Origin: an uncultured Bacilli bacterium
Lineage (GTDB): Bacteria; Bacillota_I; Bacilli_A; RF39; UBA660
NCBI GenBank assembly: GCA_934102335.1
Contig: CAKOSP010000004.1
Span: 65,474 to 129,473, forward strand
Reading direction: 5' to 3'
DNA length: 64,000 bases
In this document: piece by piece, positions 1 through 8,228 of the stretch
Numbering within the stretch: the first letter of the stretch is position 1
Layout of the letters: each line of letters begins with the position of its first letter
Program-made: the position numbers and the translations under genes
Notes under the pieces: model-generated
The model's input: only the letters and a program-made list of their open reading frames with translations
Told to the model about the DNA's origin: nothing
Databases searched by the model: none

Positions 1-1550
1 ATGCTAACGTTGTTTTAAATAATTTATATAAACATACACAATTACAATCAACATTTGGTATTAATTTGCTAATGTTAGATGATTGGCAACCAAAAACATT
101 GGGATTAAAGGATATTATTTCTAAGTATATAGATTTTCAAAAAGAAGTTATAATAAGAAGAACTAGATTTGAATTGAACCAAGCTGAAAAGAAAGTTCAT
201 ATATTAGAGGGCTTTAAAATAGCCATAGATAATTTAGATGATGTTATCAACATTATTAAAACTTCTAAAAACGATGATGAAGCTAAACAAAGATTATTAG
301 AAAAATATGGTTTGGACTCAGTTCAAAGTGAAGCAATATTAGATTTAAAACTAAGAAAATTAACCGCCTTAGAACGTGAAAAAACTGAAAAAGACTTGGA
401 AGAGTTGAGAAAAGTAATAGATCATTTAAGAGAAATTTTAGGTGATGAGAAACTTGTTTTAGCCATTATTAAAGAGGAAATGCTAGAAATTAAAGGTAAA
501 TATGGTGATGAACGTAGAACACAGATAGATATGACTGCAATTGATTATATTGAGGATGAAGCATTAATTCCCCAAGAAAAGATAATGGTTGTACTTTCAA
601 ATAAGGGTTATATAAAAAGAACGACATTAGACAATTTTAAAACTCAAAATCGTGGTGGTGTTGGAATTAAAGGTATGACAACTAATGATGAAGACTTTGT
701 AGATCGCATGTTATCATTATCAACACATGATTACATTTTATTCTTTACGAATAAAGGAAAAGTTTATAGATTAAAAGGTTATGAAATACCTGAATTCAAT
801 AGACAGTCTAAAGGATTACCTGTCATTAATTTAATACCTGTAGAAAAGGATGAAAAGATTAATTCAGTTATTAGTATTAGTCCTGATGCTACAGATAAAT
901 ATTTACTATTTGCAACTAAAAAAGGAATAGTTAAGAGAACTGCTATCTCAGAGTTTGATAACATTAGAACAAGTGGTAAAATATCTATTACCTTAAGGGA
1001 TGATGATGAATTAATTGATGTAAAGAAAACTTCAGGAGAAAACTTAATATTATTGGGATCAAGTGAAGGTCGCATGGTTAAATTTAAAGAAGATGATATT
1101 AGACCAATGGGTAGAACGGCATCAGGAGTTAAGGGAATTAGTATTAGCAACGGAGCCGAGTGTATCTGTTTAGAAATAATTAATTCTGATCAACAAATCT
1201 TATTAGTAACAGAAAATGGATATGGTAAGAAAACTCCGGTTAATGACTTTAGGGAAACTAGCCGTGGAAGTAAAGGTGTTAAAGCTTTAAATATTACTTC
1301 TAAAAATGGTAATTTGATTTCAGTTCATGTGGTTGAGGACAATAAAGATTTAATTATGATGTCTAACAATGGAATGACTATGAGAATGGTACTAGATCAA
1401 ATTCCTAATTTAGGTAGGGTTACTCAGGGAGTAAGATTAATTAACTTAAAAGATGGTCAAAAACTAGCAACTATTAGTTTAGTAGACCATGAGGATTCAG
1501 AAACAACTGAACAAATTGAAAATAATAATGAAGTAAAAACAGAATCTTAA
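1..1550 (+). CDS. gyrA: DNA gyrase subunit A, C-terminal beta-pinwheel domain. The 5' end is cut by the window edge, and the reading frame runs from nt 3.
   Basis: Upstream in-frame translation reads ANVVLNNLYKHTQLQSTFGINLL, which continues the canonical GyrA sequence. The repeated blade segments and acidic C-terminal tail are typical of GyrA. Confidence 0.9.
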   Translation, partial: ANVVLNNLYKHTQLQSTFGINLLMLDDWQPKTLGLKDIISKYIDFQKEVIIRRTRFELNQAEKKVHILEGFKIAIDNLDDVINIIKTSKNDDEAKQRLLEKYGLDSVQSEAILDLKLRKLTALEREKTEKDLEELRKVIDHLREILGDEKLVLAIIKEEMLEIKGKYGDERRTQIDMTAIDYIEDEALIPQEKIMVVLSNKGYIKRTTLDNFKTQNRGGVGIKGMTTNDEDFVDRMLSLSTHDYILFFTNKGKVYRLKGYEIPEFNRQSKGLPVINLIPVEKDEKINSVISISPDATDKYLLFATKKGIVKRTAISEFDNIRTSGKISITLRDDDELIDVKKTSGENLILLGSSEGRMVKFKEDDIRPMGRTASGVKGISISNGAECICLEIINSDQQILLVTENGYGKKTPVNDFRETSRGSKGVKALNITSKNGNLISVHVVEDNKDLIMMSNNGMTMRMVLDQIPNLGRVTQGVRLINLKDGQKLATISLVDHEDSETTEQIENNNEVKTES

Positions 1551-1568
1551 TTGATTCTGTTTTTTAAT
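1538..1568 (+). terminator. Intrinsic terminator of gyrA (stem ACAGAATC, loop TTAATT, stem GATTCTGT, then TTTTTT).
   Basis: The hairpin plus U-tract spans the gyrA stop codon and can be read directly. Confidence 0.7.
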
Positions 1569-1929
1569 GTTTCACGTGAAACATTAAAAGTATGTTGATA
1601 ACTTGTTAATAAGAATATAATAAAGTATTTTATTCAAAAGAATTAGATATTTTATAACATTAATTAATGTTATAATTTAAATTTAAAACAAATTGTTTAA
1701 TAATATGTTAAATATATATATATTTTTATATTCAATGTTTCACGTGAAACATTGAAGTGTTGATAACTTGTTAAAACACACATATATATAATTATTGGTT
1801 AATAATTTTACGATATTTATTAAATAACGTTGATAATTTGTTAATATTTAATATATAAAACTTATTAATAGTTTTAATGTTTATAAAATAATTAATAATA
1901 GATGTTGATTATAGTTTCACGTGAAACAT
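1566..1929. repeat. Array in the 500-bp AT-rich spacer after gyrA. It holds perfect 20-bp palindromes AATGTTTCACGTGAAACATT at 1566-1585 and 1734-1753, and a variant AGTTTCACGTGAAACAT at 1912-1929. Each is followed by the direct-repeat motif (G/A)TGTTGATAACTTGTTAA at 1594-1610 and 1757-1774, with a degenerate third copy (A/T substitution) at 1828-1845.
   Basis: Read directly from the sequence. Copies 1 and 2 form a composite direct repeat of about 45 bp. The reverse complement of TGTTGATAA is TTATCAACA, one mismatch from the DnaA-box consensus TTATCCACA. Confidence 0.8.
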
Positions 1930-1987
1930 AAACGAACATTAGTTTGAAAATAAAATGTGTTGCAATTAGAAAAATTATTTGGTATTA

Positions 1988-2072
1988 TAACTTTGTGCAA
2001 CAAATATATTAATAAATGGTCAGGATCGGAAGATAGCAGCCAAATTGATCTCTATTTGTGTGCACTTTTTTT
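1988..2072 (+). ncRNA. ffs: Small (4.5S-type) signal recognition particle RNA.
   Basis: GGUCAGGAUCGGAAGAUAGCAGCCAAA at 2019-2045 matches the conserved SRP RNA domain IV motif GGUCAGGUCCGGAAGGAAGCAGCCAAG. It is closed by a GUGCAACAAAUA...UAUUUGUGUGCAC helix and followed by a U7 tract at 2066-2072. It sits where scr lies in B. subtilis (tadA–scr–dnaX). Confidence 0.6.
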
Positions 2073-2084
2073 GTGGGTGATAAT

Positions 2085-2501
2085 ATGAATATAGATATTG
2101 ATCGAATATTGCTAAAAGAAAGCAGAAAATCATTAAAACATGGCGATGTTCCAGTGGGAGCTTTAATTATATATAAAGGAAAAGTTATAGCTAAAGCACA
2201 TAATACTAGAGAAAAGGAACACAACGTTTTAGGACATGCGGAAATTAATTGTATTTTGAAAGCTGCTAAAAAACTAAAAACCTGGCATTTAGATCAATGT
2301 GACATGTATATAACGTTAAAACCTTGCTCTATATGTACTGATATAATTAAAAATTCAAGGATAAATAGTATTTATTACTATTTAGATAAACCAATTACAA
2401 AAAAGGAGTATGATAAAACACAGTTTATGTTAATAAATAATAAGTTTTCAACAATATATTCAAATATGCTATCACAATTTTTTAAAGCAAAGAGAAAATA
2501 G
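2085..2501 (+). CDS. tadA: tRNA-specific adenosine deaminase TadA. The start at 2085 is preferred over the ORF-track start at 2058, because the track start lies inside the SRP RNA.
   Basis: It carries the HAE zinc-deaminase motif (HAEINCIL) and the PCxxC motif (KPCSICTD), and its N-terminus aligns to TadA (GDVPVGALII). Confidence 0.8.
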   Translation: MNIDIDRILLKESRKSLKHGDVPVGALIIYKGKVIAKAHNTREKEHNVLGHAEINCILKAAKKLKTWHLDQCDMYITLKPCSICTDIIKNSRINSIYYYLDKPITKKEYDKTQFMLINNKFSTIYSNMLSQFFKAKRK

Positions 2502-2535
2502 TAATTATTACTATATAAAGTTTTATTTTGAACAA

Positions 2536-2559
2536 AAATTATTTCCCGGGAAATAATTT
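2536..2559. promoter_or_regulatory. Perfect 24-bp palindrome AAATTATTTCCCGGGAAATAATTT.
   Basis: Read directly. It has a TTTC-N4-GAAA core and lies upstream of the dnaX promoter. Confidence 0.6.
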
Positions 2560-2588
2560 CATAATTTAAATGATAATTATTACTATTT

Positions 2589-2608
2589 AATATTTCCCGG
2601 GAAATATT
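2589..2608. promoter_or_regulatory. Perfect 20-bp palindrome AATATTTCCCGGGAAATATT, the second copy.
   Basis: Read directly. It sits 53 bp downstream of the first copy and just upstream of the dnaX -35 region. Confidence 0.6.
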
Positions 2609-2616
2609 ATTTTATA

Positions 2617-2645
2617 TTTAGAATAGCCACAATAGGTGGTATAAT
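2617..2645 (+). promoter_or_regulatory. Putative sigma-A promoter of dnaX with an extended -10 (TGGTATAAT at 2637-2645) and a weak -35 (TTTAGA).
   Basis: The TGnTATAAT motif lies 17 bp upstream of the AGGGAGG RBS and the ATG at 2663. Confidence 0.5.
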
Positions 2646-2662
2646 GAATAGGGAGGTTTAAT

Positions 2663-4195
2663 ATGAACTATAAAGTATTGTATCGTAAATATAGACCTGA
2701 TAACTTTGAAAATATAGTTGGTTTAGAATATGTAAAAAAAATTCTTAAAAATTCGATTGTTAACAATAAAATAGCTCATGCATATATATTCTCTGGGCCG
2801 AGAGGGACTGGTAAGACTAGTACAGCTAAAGTCTTTGCTAAAAGTATTAACTGTTTAGACAGTAAAGATGGTGAAGCGTGTGGAAAATGTGTTAATTGTC
2901 AAAATTTTGCTACAAATACTGACATTATTGAAATAGATGCTGCGTCAAATAACGGCGTAGATCAAATAAGAGAAATTACTAATAATATTAAATTGGCTCC
3001 TACAATGTCTAAATATAAAGTATATATAATAGATGAAGTTCATATGTTGAGTCAGAGTGCATTTAATGCATTGTTATTAACATTAGAAGATCCGCCAGCA
3101 CATGTAATCTTTATACTTGCTACTACCAACATTGAAAGCGTTCCTATAACTATACTTTCTAGATGTCAAAGATTCGATTTTAAAAAAATAGGTTTTCAAC
3201 AAATAATTGACCGTTTAAAGTATATTTGTGAGCAGGAAAAAATAGATATAGATGATGAGGCCTTAAATGAAATAGCGTATATTTCTGATGGTGGCTTAAG
3301 AGATGCTTTAAGTTTACTAGATCAATTATCAAAAGATGGTAAAAAAATAACTCTGCAGTTAATTATTGATGAAATAGGTACTATTTCTATGAAAAGTATA
3401 GAAAAAATAATTAATAACATTGAGAAAAATAATATTTCTAATATAATTAAACAGTTAAATGAATATAGGTTAAATTCCCTTGATTATAAGTTAGTTATTA
3501 GGAAATTAATAGATGTATGTGTTAATAAATCAGAAAGAATATTGGTTGATGGTAAGATCGAAAGACTTTTTTATAAGGATTTTAAAGATATAGTATTTGG
3601 CTTAACAGATTGTTTAAATAAAATAAATGTTAATGTTGATCCATATAATTTAATTGAGTTGGTTTTATTAGATAAAACTAAGGCAGATGTGATAGAAACA
3701 AAAAAAACAGAAGATAAAAAAATCGACTATGTTACCCTTAAAAAAGAAGTAAAGAAAGATTTTGATTTTGCAGATATTAGAATTAATAATTGTTTTGTTG
3801 AGGCAAGTAAAAGTGATAAATTGGCTGCTTCAAAAAAGTGGACAAGTTTTATTGAGGATATAGAAGATTCGAAAATAAAGGCTTTGGTTCTTGATTCAGA
3901 AATTATTATGGCATCAAAAAACATTTATGTTATATTAGTATCAAAATCAATTATGGATGAATTTAATTCTGAAGTAGAAATAATAGGTGAAACTTATAAT
4001 AAATTATTTGATTTAGATGTTAAATTAGTGGGAATTGATAAAGGAAAGTGGAAAACTTTATCAGAAAAATATATAAATGATATAAAAAATGGAAAAAAAT
4101 ACGAATATATTGAAGAAAATACTAAAAAAGATTTACTTGAGGTAGAACAAATAGCAAATGATTTATTTTCAAGTGATAAATTAGAGATTGATTAG
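2663..4195 (+). CDS. dnaX: DNA polymerase III subunit tau/gamma.
   Basis: It has the Walker A motif GPRGTGKTS, the zinc module CGKCVNC and the SRC sensor motif (LSRCQRFDF), and it follows tadA/scr as in Bacillus. Confidence 0.9.
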   Translation: MNYKVLYRKYRPDNFENIVGLEYVKKILKNSIVNNKIAHAYIFSGPRGTGKTSTAKVFAKSINCLDSKDGEACGKCVNCQNFATNTDIIEIDAASNNGVDQIREITNNIKLAPTMSKYKVYIIDEVHMLSQSAFNALLLTLEDPPAHVIFILATTNIESVPITILSRCQRFDFKKIGFQQIIDRLKYICEQEKIDIDDEALNEIAYISDGGLRDALSLLDQLSKDGKKITLQLIIDEIGTISMKSIEKIINNIEKNNISNIIKQLNEYRLNSLDYKLVIRKLIDVCVNKSERILVDGKIERLFYKDFKDIVFGLTDCLNKINVNVDPYNLIELVLLDKTKADVIETKKTEDKKIDYVTLKKEVKKDFDFADIRINNCFVEASKSDKLAASKKWTSFIEDIEDSKIKALVLDSEIIMASKNIYVILVSKSIMDEFNSEVEIIGETYNKLFDLDVKLVGIDKGKWKTLSEKYINDIKNGKKYEYIEENTKKDLLEVEQIANDLFSSDKLEID

Positions 4196-4207
4196 GAGGA
4201 TTTAAAA

Positions 4208-4504
4208 ATGAATATGCAAAGTTTAATGGCGCAAGCTCAAAAGTTACAAAGAGATATAACTAAGAAAAAGGAAGAAATAGAGAAAACTGAATTTGAAGGC
4301 AAATCAGAATGGGTTGAGGTTGTATTTACTGGAGATAGGAAACTTAAAAGTTTTAAAGTATTAAAGGATAATATTGTTGATCAAGATGATATTGAGATGT
4401 TACAAGATATGTCTAAAATTGCAATAGATAATGCATTAAATAAGATTGATAAAGAATATACTGAAAAAATGGGCATGTATAGTTCAATGAATGGATTAAT
4501 GTAG
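4208..4504 (+). CDS. ybaB: Nucleoid-associated protein YbaB/EbfC.
   Basis: It is about 98 aa, carries the MQSLMAQAQKLQ motif and sits between dnaX and recR, as is conserved. Confidence 0.85.
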   Translation: MNMQSLMAQAQKLQRDITKKKEEIEKTEFEGKSEWVEVVFTGDRKLKSFKVLKDNIVDQDDIEMLQDMSKIAIDNALNKIDKEYTEKMGMYSSMNGLM

Positions 4505-4505
4505 T

Positions 4506-5111
4506 ATGGTTTATCCTGAGTCACTTTTAAAATTAATTAGCTATTATAAGAAATTACCAGGAATTGGTGAAAAAAGTGCTGAGAGAATGGCCTTAGCAAC
4601 ATTGAAATTTACTGACGAAGATGTAGAAAACTTTTCTCAAGCTTTAGTAGTTGCAAAAAAAACATTATCAAATTGCAAAATTTGTGGACATTTAACAGAT
4701 AAAGAAATATGTGATATATGCTCGGATAAAGCTCGTGATCATAATTTAATATGTGTAATTGAAGATTACAAAAGTGTTTTTGCTTTTGAAAAGGTAGGAA
4801 ATTATAAAGGAACATATCATGTTTTAAATGGACTTATTAGTCCCATGGATAATGTTTCTGTTGAGGATATTAATCTTTCTAGTCTAGTAAAAAGGGTAAA
4901 GGAACTTAAAAATCCCGAGTTAATTTTAGCATTAAGATCTTCAATAGAGGGAGAAACAACTACCTTATACATTAAAAAAATTTTTGAAAATTCAAATGTT
5001 GTAATATCAAGGCTTTCTTATGGTATTCCAATGGGAGCTGAAATAGATTATTTAGATTTATTAACATTAGATAAGGCTTTAGAAGATAGGAAAAAAATAT
5101 CTGAGGAATAA
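4506..5111 (+). CDS. recR: Recombination protein RecR.
   Basis: It has a helix-hairpin-helix (KLPGIGEKSAERMA), a C4 zinc finger (CKICGHL...CDIC) and a Toprim domain. Confidence 0.9.
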   Translation: MVYPESLLKLISYYKKLPGIGEKSAERMALATLKFTDEDVENFSQALVVAKKTLSNCKICGHLTDKEICDICSDKARDHNLICVIEDYKSVFAFEKVGNYKGTYHVLNGLISPMDNVSVEDINLSSLVKRVKELKNPELILALRSSIEGETTTLYIKKIFENSNVVISRLSYGIPMGAEIDYLDLLTLDKALEDRKKISEE

Positions 5112-5146
5112 TTTTTTTTGTTAAGCATAGTTTTAAATTGATAAAT

Positions 5147-5329
5147 ATGAAACTAATAACAAAAATAATGAAAAGAATAATTCTTGCATTTAGTATTATT
5201 TATACTCTAGATATTGTTTTTCAAAATAGTAATGTTTTTATACCTATTAATATTCAAACTCTTGCTATAGGTGTTATTTTAGGGCCTTTAGGAGTTGTTA
5301 GTTTAATATTAATAAAATTTTTAATATAA
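5147..5329 (+). CDS. bofA: BofA-like small membrane protein (inhibitor of pro-sigma-K processing).
   Basis: Its C-terminal segment IPINIQTLAIGVILGPLGVVSLILIKFLI is similar to B. subtilis BofA IPLNLFTAAVTGFLGLPGVAALVVIKQYIL. It has two TM segments and lies after recR as in Bacillus. Confidence 0.55.
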   Translation: MKLITKIMKRIILAFSIIYTLDIVFQNSNVFIPINIQTLAIGVILGPLGVVSLILIKFLI

Positions 5330-5335
5330 TTTTAG

Positions 5336-6217
5336 TTGGAGGTAATGGTGTTAGTAAACAATGTAGAAAAGTTAGCAGAATATTATAATAATAAAACTTT
5401 AGCACATGCTTATTTAATTGAAACTAATGATAAACAGCGTTGTTTAAGTGATTTAAAATGCGTTTTAAAAAAAATGGTATGTAAAGAAAAATTTTCATCT
5501 GAATGTAATAAATGCAATTTTTGTAATTTGATTGATAATGAGGAATTTCCGGGTATATTTTTTATTAAATCTGATTCAAAAATTATAAAAAAAGAACAAA
5601 TACTCGATTTAAAACACAAAATGAGTTTTAAACCTGTATTTACGGATTTTTGCGCATACGTGATTTTAGATTCAGAGAAACTTAATGCCTCATCTACGAA
5701 TGCCATGTTAAAGTTTTTAGAGGAGCCAAATGATAATTGTTTTGGCTTTTTAGTCGTGGATAATAAAGAAAATGTTTTATCAACAATTAAAAGTAGATGT
5801 GAGATAATAGTTAATAAATATGAAAATACAGATATATTTACAAAACTTAATATATTAAAAGATGATAAAGCTGATTATATTGAAGTAGTAAAAAACTATA
5901 TTAATGCTTTAGAGCAAAAAGAATTAAACTTATCAATCAATAGAGATATTTTGCTTAATAGGTTTGCTGAGAAAAGTGAAATTGAAAAGATATTTAAAAT
6001 TATATTATTTATTTATCAAGATGTTTATGAATTTAAACTTGGATTAAGTTCACAAGTTTTCTTTACCGATTTTTCATATTTACAGAAACAATCTATAAAA
6101 TCATTATATGAAAAAATAAAAATTTTGATAGATTTTGTTAACAATATTAATTATAATTTAAATATGGAATTGTCATTAGATAAATTTATTATAGAGATGA
6201 GTGAAATATATGGATAA
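5336..6217 (+). CDS. holB: DNA polymerase III delta' subunit.
   Basis: It has an AAA+ clamp-loader fold with a degenerate P-loop, a Cys cluster (CNKCNFC), LKFLEEP and SRC motifs, and lies upstream of yaaT as in Bacillus. Confidence 0.75.
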   Translation: MEVMVLVNNVEKLAEYYNNKTLAHAYLIETNDKQRCLSDLKCVLKKMVCKEKFSSECNKCNFCNLIDNEEFPGIFFIKSDSKIIKKEQILDLKHKMSFKPVFTDFCAYVILDSEKLNASSTNAMLKFLEEPNDNCFGFLVVDNKENVLSTIKSRCEIIVNKYENTDIFTKLNILKDDKADYIEVVKNYINALEQKELNLSINRDILLNRFAEKSEIEKIFKIILFIYQDVYEFKLGLSSQVFFTDFSYLQKQSIKSLYEKIKILIDFVNNINYNLNMELSLDKFIIEMSEIYG

Positions 6218-6998
6218 AATTTATGGAGTTAGTTTTGTAGATGGTGGCAAGGTATATTATTTTAAAAGTAAATTTAAGTGCCCTTTAAATGTAACTGCAA
6301 TTGTTCAAACCGAAAAAGGGGAACAATTTGGAAAAATAGTTGCTGAAGTTGAAGATTTGGAAAAATTAAAAGATTTAGACAAAATGAAAGAAGTAATTCG
6401 TTTATCTACTAAAGATGATTACAACAAACATTTGAATAATTTAAAAGAAGCTGATAGAGCTTTAAGAAAATGTCGTGATCTTACACAAAAGCTAAATTTA
6501 GGAATGAAGATTATTAGTGCTAGTTTTACTTTTGATAAGTCACAGTTATTATTTAATTTTTTAGCTGATGATAGAATAGATTTTAGAGAATTGGCTAGAA
6601 AACTGGCTGCTATTTACAAGACTCGTATAGAATTAAGACAAATTGGTGCTAGAGATAAAGCAAAAGAAATAGGAGGAGTTGGAATATGTGGACGCAAATT
6701 ATGTTGTTCTAATTTTTTAACTTCTATTGAAACGGTTTCAATAAATATGGCTAAAAATCAAAACCTTGCTTTAAATCCTTCAAAAATAAATGGTCAATGC
6801 AATAGATTACTTTGCTGTTTGGCTTATGAAGATGAAAACTATTCTTGCGCTAGAAAAAAATTACCAGCTTTAAATTCTAAAGTTAAAACTTCAGAGGGCG
6901 TTGGAACTGTGGTTGATTTAGATATATTAAATAACAAATATACAGTTTTAGTTAATGATGAAAGAATTGTAATGAATAATGAAAATAGAGAAAAATGA
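6210..6998 (+). CDS. ricT: PSP1-domain protein YaaT/RicT (stage 0 sporulation / RNase Y regulator).
   Basis: Its N-terminus GVSFVDGGKVYYF matches YaaT, it has a Cys-rich segment (GICGRKLCC...CNRLLCCLAY), and it sits at the conserved position after holB. Confidence 0.8.
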   Translation: MDKIYGVSFVDGGKVYYFKSKFKCPLNVTAIVQTEKGEQFGKIVAEVEDLEKLKDLDKMKEVIRLSTKDDYNKHLNNLKEADRALRKCRDLTQKLNLGMKIISASFTFDKSQLLFNFLADDRIDFRELARKLAAIYKTRIELRQIGARDKAKEIGGVGICGRKLCCSNFLTSIETVSINMAKNQNLALNPSKINGQCNRLLCCLAYEDENYSCARKKLPALNSKVKTSEGVGTVVDLDILNNKYTVLVNDERIVMNNENREK

Positions 6999-7689
6999 TT
7001 TGTTTGATTATCCTAATATGTGTATTTATCAAGAAATTCAAAGTTTTAAATTTTCGTTGGATTCAATTTTATTAAGCGAATTTGTGGATTTTAAAAAAAC
7101 AGATCAGCAAATTCTTGATATATGTAGCGGAAATGCGGTAATACCAATGGTTTTATCAACAAAGACTAAATTACCTATTACTGCATTCGAGATTCAAAAA
7201 AATATTTTTGATTTAGGAATAATGTCTATAAAAGAAAATAACTTGGAAGATCAAATTACACTTATAAATGACGATATAAAAAATATAGCAAACTATTGTA
7301 ATTATGAAAATTATGATATTATTACTTGCAATCCTCCGTATTTTAAAGTGGAACCACAAGGATTTATAAATAAGAGTAATAATTTATCTATTGCACGCCA
7401 TGAAATTTGTTTAGAATTAGAAGATATTTTTAAGATTAGTTTTAAGTATTTAAAAAATTTAGGAAGGCTTTATTTGGTTCACAGAGTTTCTAGATTAGAT
7501 GAAATTATTATTTTAGCTAATAAATATCGTATGAATGTAAAAGTTATTCAGTTAATCTCTACTAATAAAGATAATAAGCCTTATCTGGTTTTAGTTAAAT
7601 GTGTAAAAAACTCCAAAAATGGTGTTATAATTAATTCACCAATTAATATTTTAAATTTAAAAACTTATCAAAACTTATTTAAGAGGTGA
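6979..7689 (+). CDS. Class I SAM-dependent methyltransferase, of the YabB / tRNA (adenine-N6)-methyltransferase type.
   Basis: It has a SAM-binding motif (DICSGNAVIP) and the NPPY/F catalytic motif (ITCNPPYF). Confidence 0.7.
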   Translation: MKIEKNDLFDYPNMCIYQEIQSFKFSLDSILLSEFVDFKKTDQQILDICSGNAVIPMVLSTKTKLPITAFEIQKNIFDLGIMSIKENNLEDQITLINDDIKNIANYCNYENYDIITCNPPYFKVEPQGFINKSNNLSIARHEICLELEDIFKISFKYLKNLGRLYLVHRVSRLDEIIILANKYRMNVKVIQLISTNKDNKPYLVLVKCVKNSKNGVIINSPINILNLKTYQNLFKR

Positions 7690-7693
7690 TATT

Positions 7694-8227
7694 ATGAAAA
7701 TGGTTGTAGGATTAGGGAATCCTGGTAAAGAATATCAATTTACTAGACACAATGTAGGATTTATTGTTTTAGATGATTATTTAAAAGATATTGTTTGGAA
7801 AGAGAAGTTTAATGCTTATTATTATATTAAAGATAATGTTTGTTTTGTAAAACCTTTAACTTATATGAATAACTCTGGCACAGCAGTGGTGGCTTTTAAA
7901 AATTATTATAAAGTAGATGTTAAGGATATTTTAGTTATCCAAGATGATTTAGACATGAAAGTTGGTACATATAAAGTTAAACGTAATAGTTCTGATGGTG
8001 GGCATAATGGTCTAAAATCTATTATTAATATGCTTAATTCCAATGAATTTGGACGTTTAAAAATAGGTATATTAAACGATAATAAGTATGATACGATAGA
8101 TTTTGTATTAGGTAATTTTTCTAAAGAGGAACTTGAATTTATAAAAGACAATAACGATTTTAAAAAAGTAATTGATTTATTTATTAAGTATGGAATTGAG
8201 AGGACTTTAGATTCATATAGGAGATAA
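7694..8227 (+). CDS. pth: Peptidyl-tRNA hydrolase.
   Basis: Its N-terminus VGLGNPGKEY...TRHNVGF is the canonical Pth signature. Confidence 0.9.
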   Translation: MKMVVGLGNPGKEYQFTRHNVGFIVLDDYLKDIVWKEKFNAYYYIKDNVCFVKPLTYMNNSGTAVVAFKNYYKVDVKDILVIQDDLDMKVGTYKVKRNSSDGGHNGLKSIINMLNSNEFGRLKIGILNDNKYDTIDFVLGNFSKEELEFIKDNNDFKKVIDLFIKYGIERTLDSYRR

Positions 8228-8228
8228 A

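Noticed and set aside
779-1150. Antisense ORFs embedded in well-supported genes. Examples are 779-1150(-) in gyrA, 2009-2224(-), 3727-3924(-), 4609-4815(-), 5410-5706(-), 7906-8151(-), 11402-11641(-), 20723-20953(-), 28456-28767(-), 29188-29370(-), 29779-29973(-), 30344-30613(-), 31089-31334(-), 32695-32946(-), 34132-34449(-), 36168-36362(-), 41773-42039(-), 42586-42867(-), 43266-43454(-), 43860-44078(-), 45983-46177(-), 52825-53034(-), 56165-56377(-), 61642-61839(-) and 62690-62878(-).
   Set aside because: They overlap conserved protein-coding genes on the opposite strand. They have no RBS and no recognisable domains, and their low-complexity composition is typical of spurious ORFs in AT-rich DNA.
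1551-2000. The post-gyrA palindromes as a simple rho-independent terminator, or as an rRNA or tRNA remnant.
   Set aside because: A separate canonical gyrA terminator precedes them. The palindromes are not followed by U-tracts. No rRNA- or tRNA-like GC-rich segments are present anywhere in the window.
2058-2084. ORF-track start of tadA at 2058 (MCTFFVGDN...).
   Set aside because: These codons lie within the predicted SRP RNA 3' helix and U-tract. The ATG at 2085 gives a TadA-like N-terminus.
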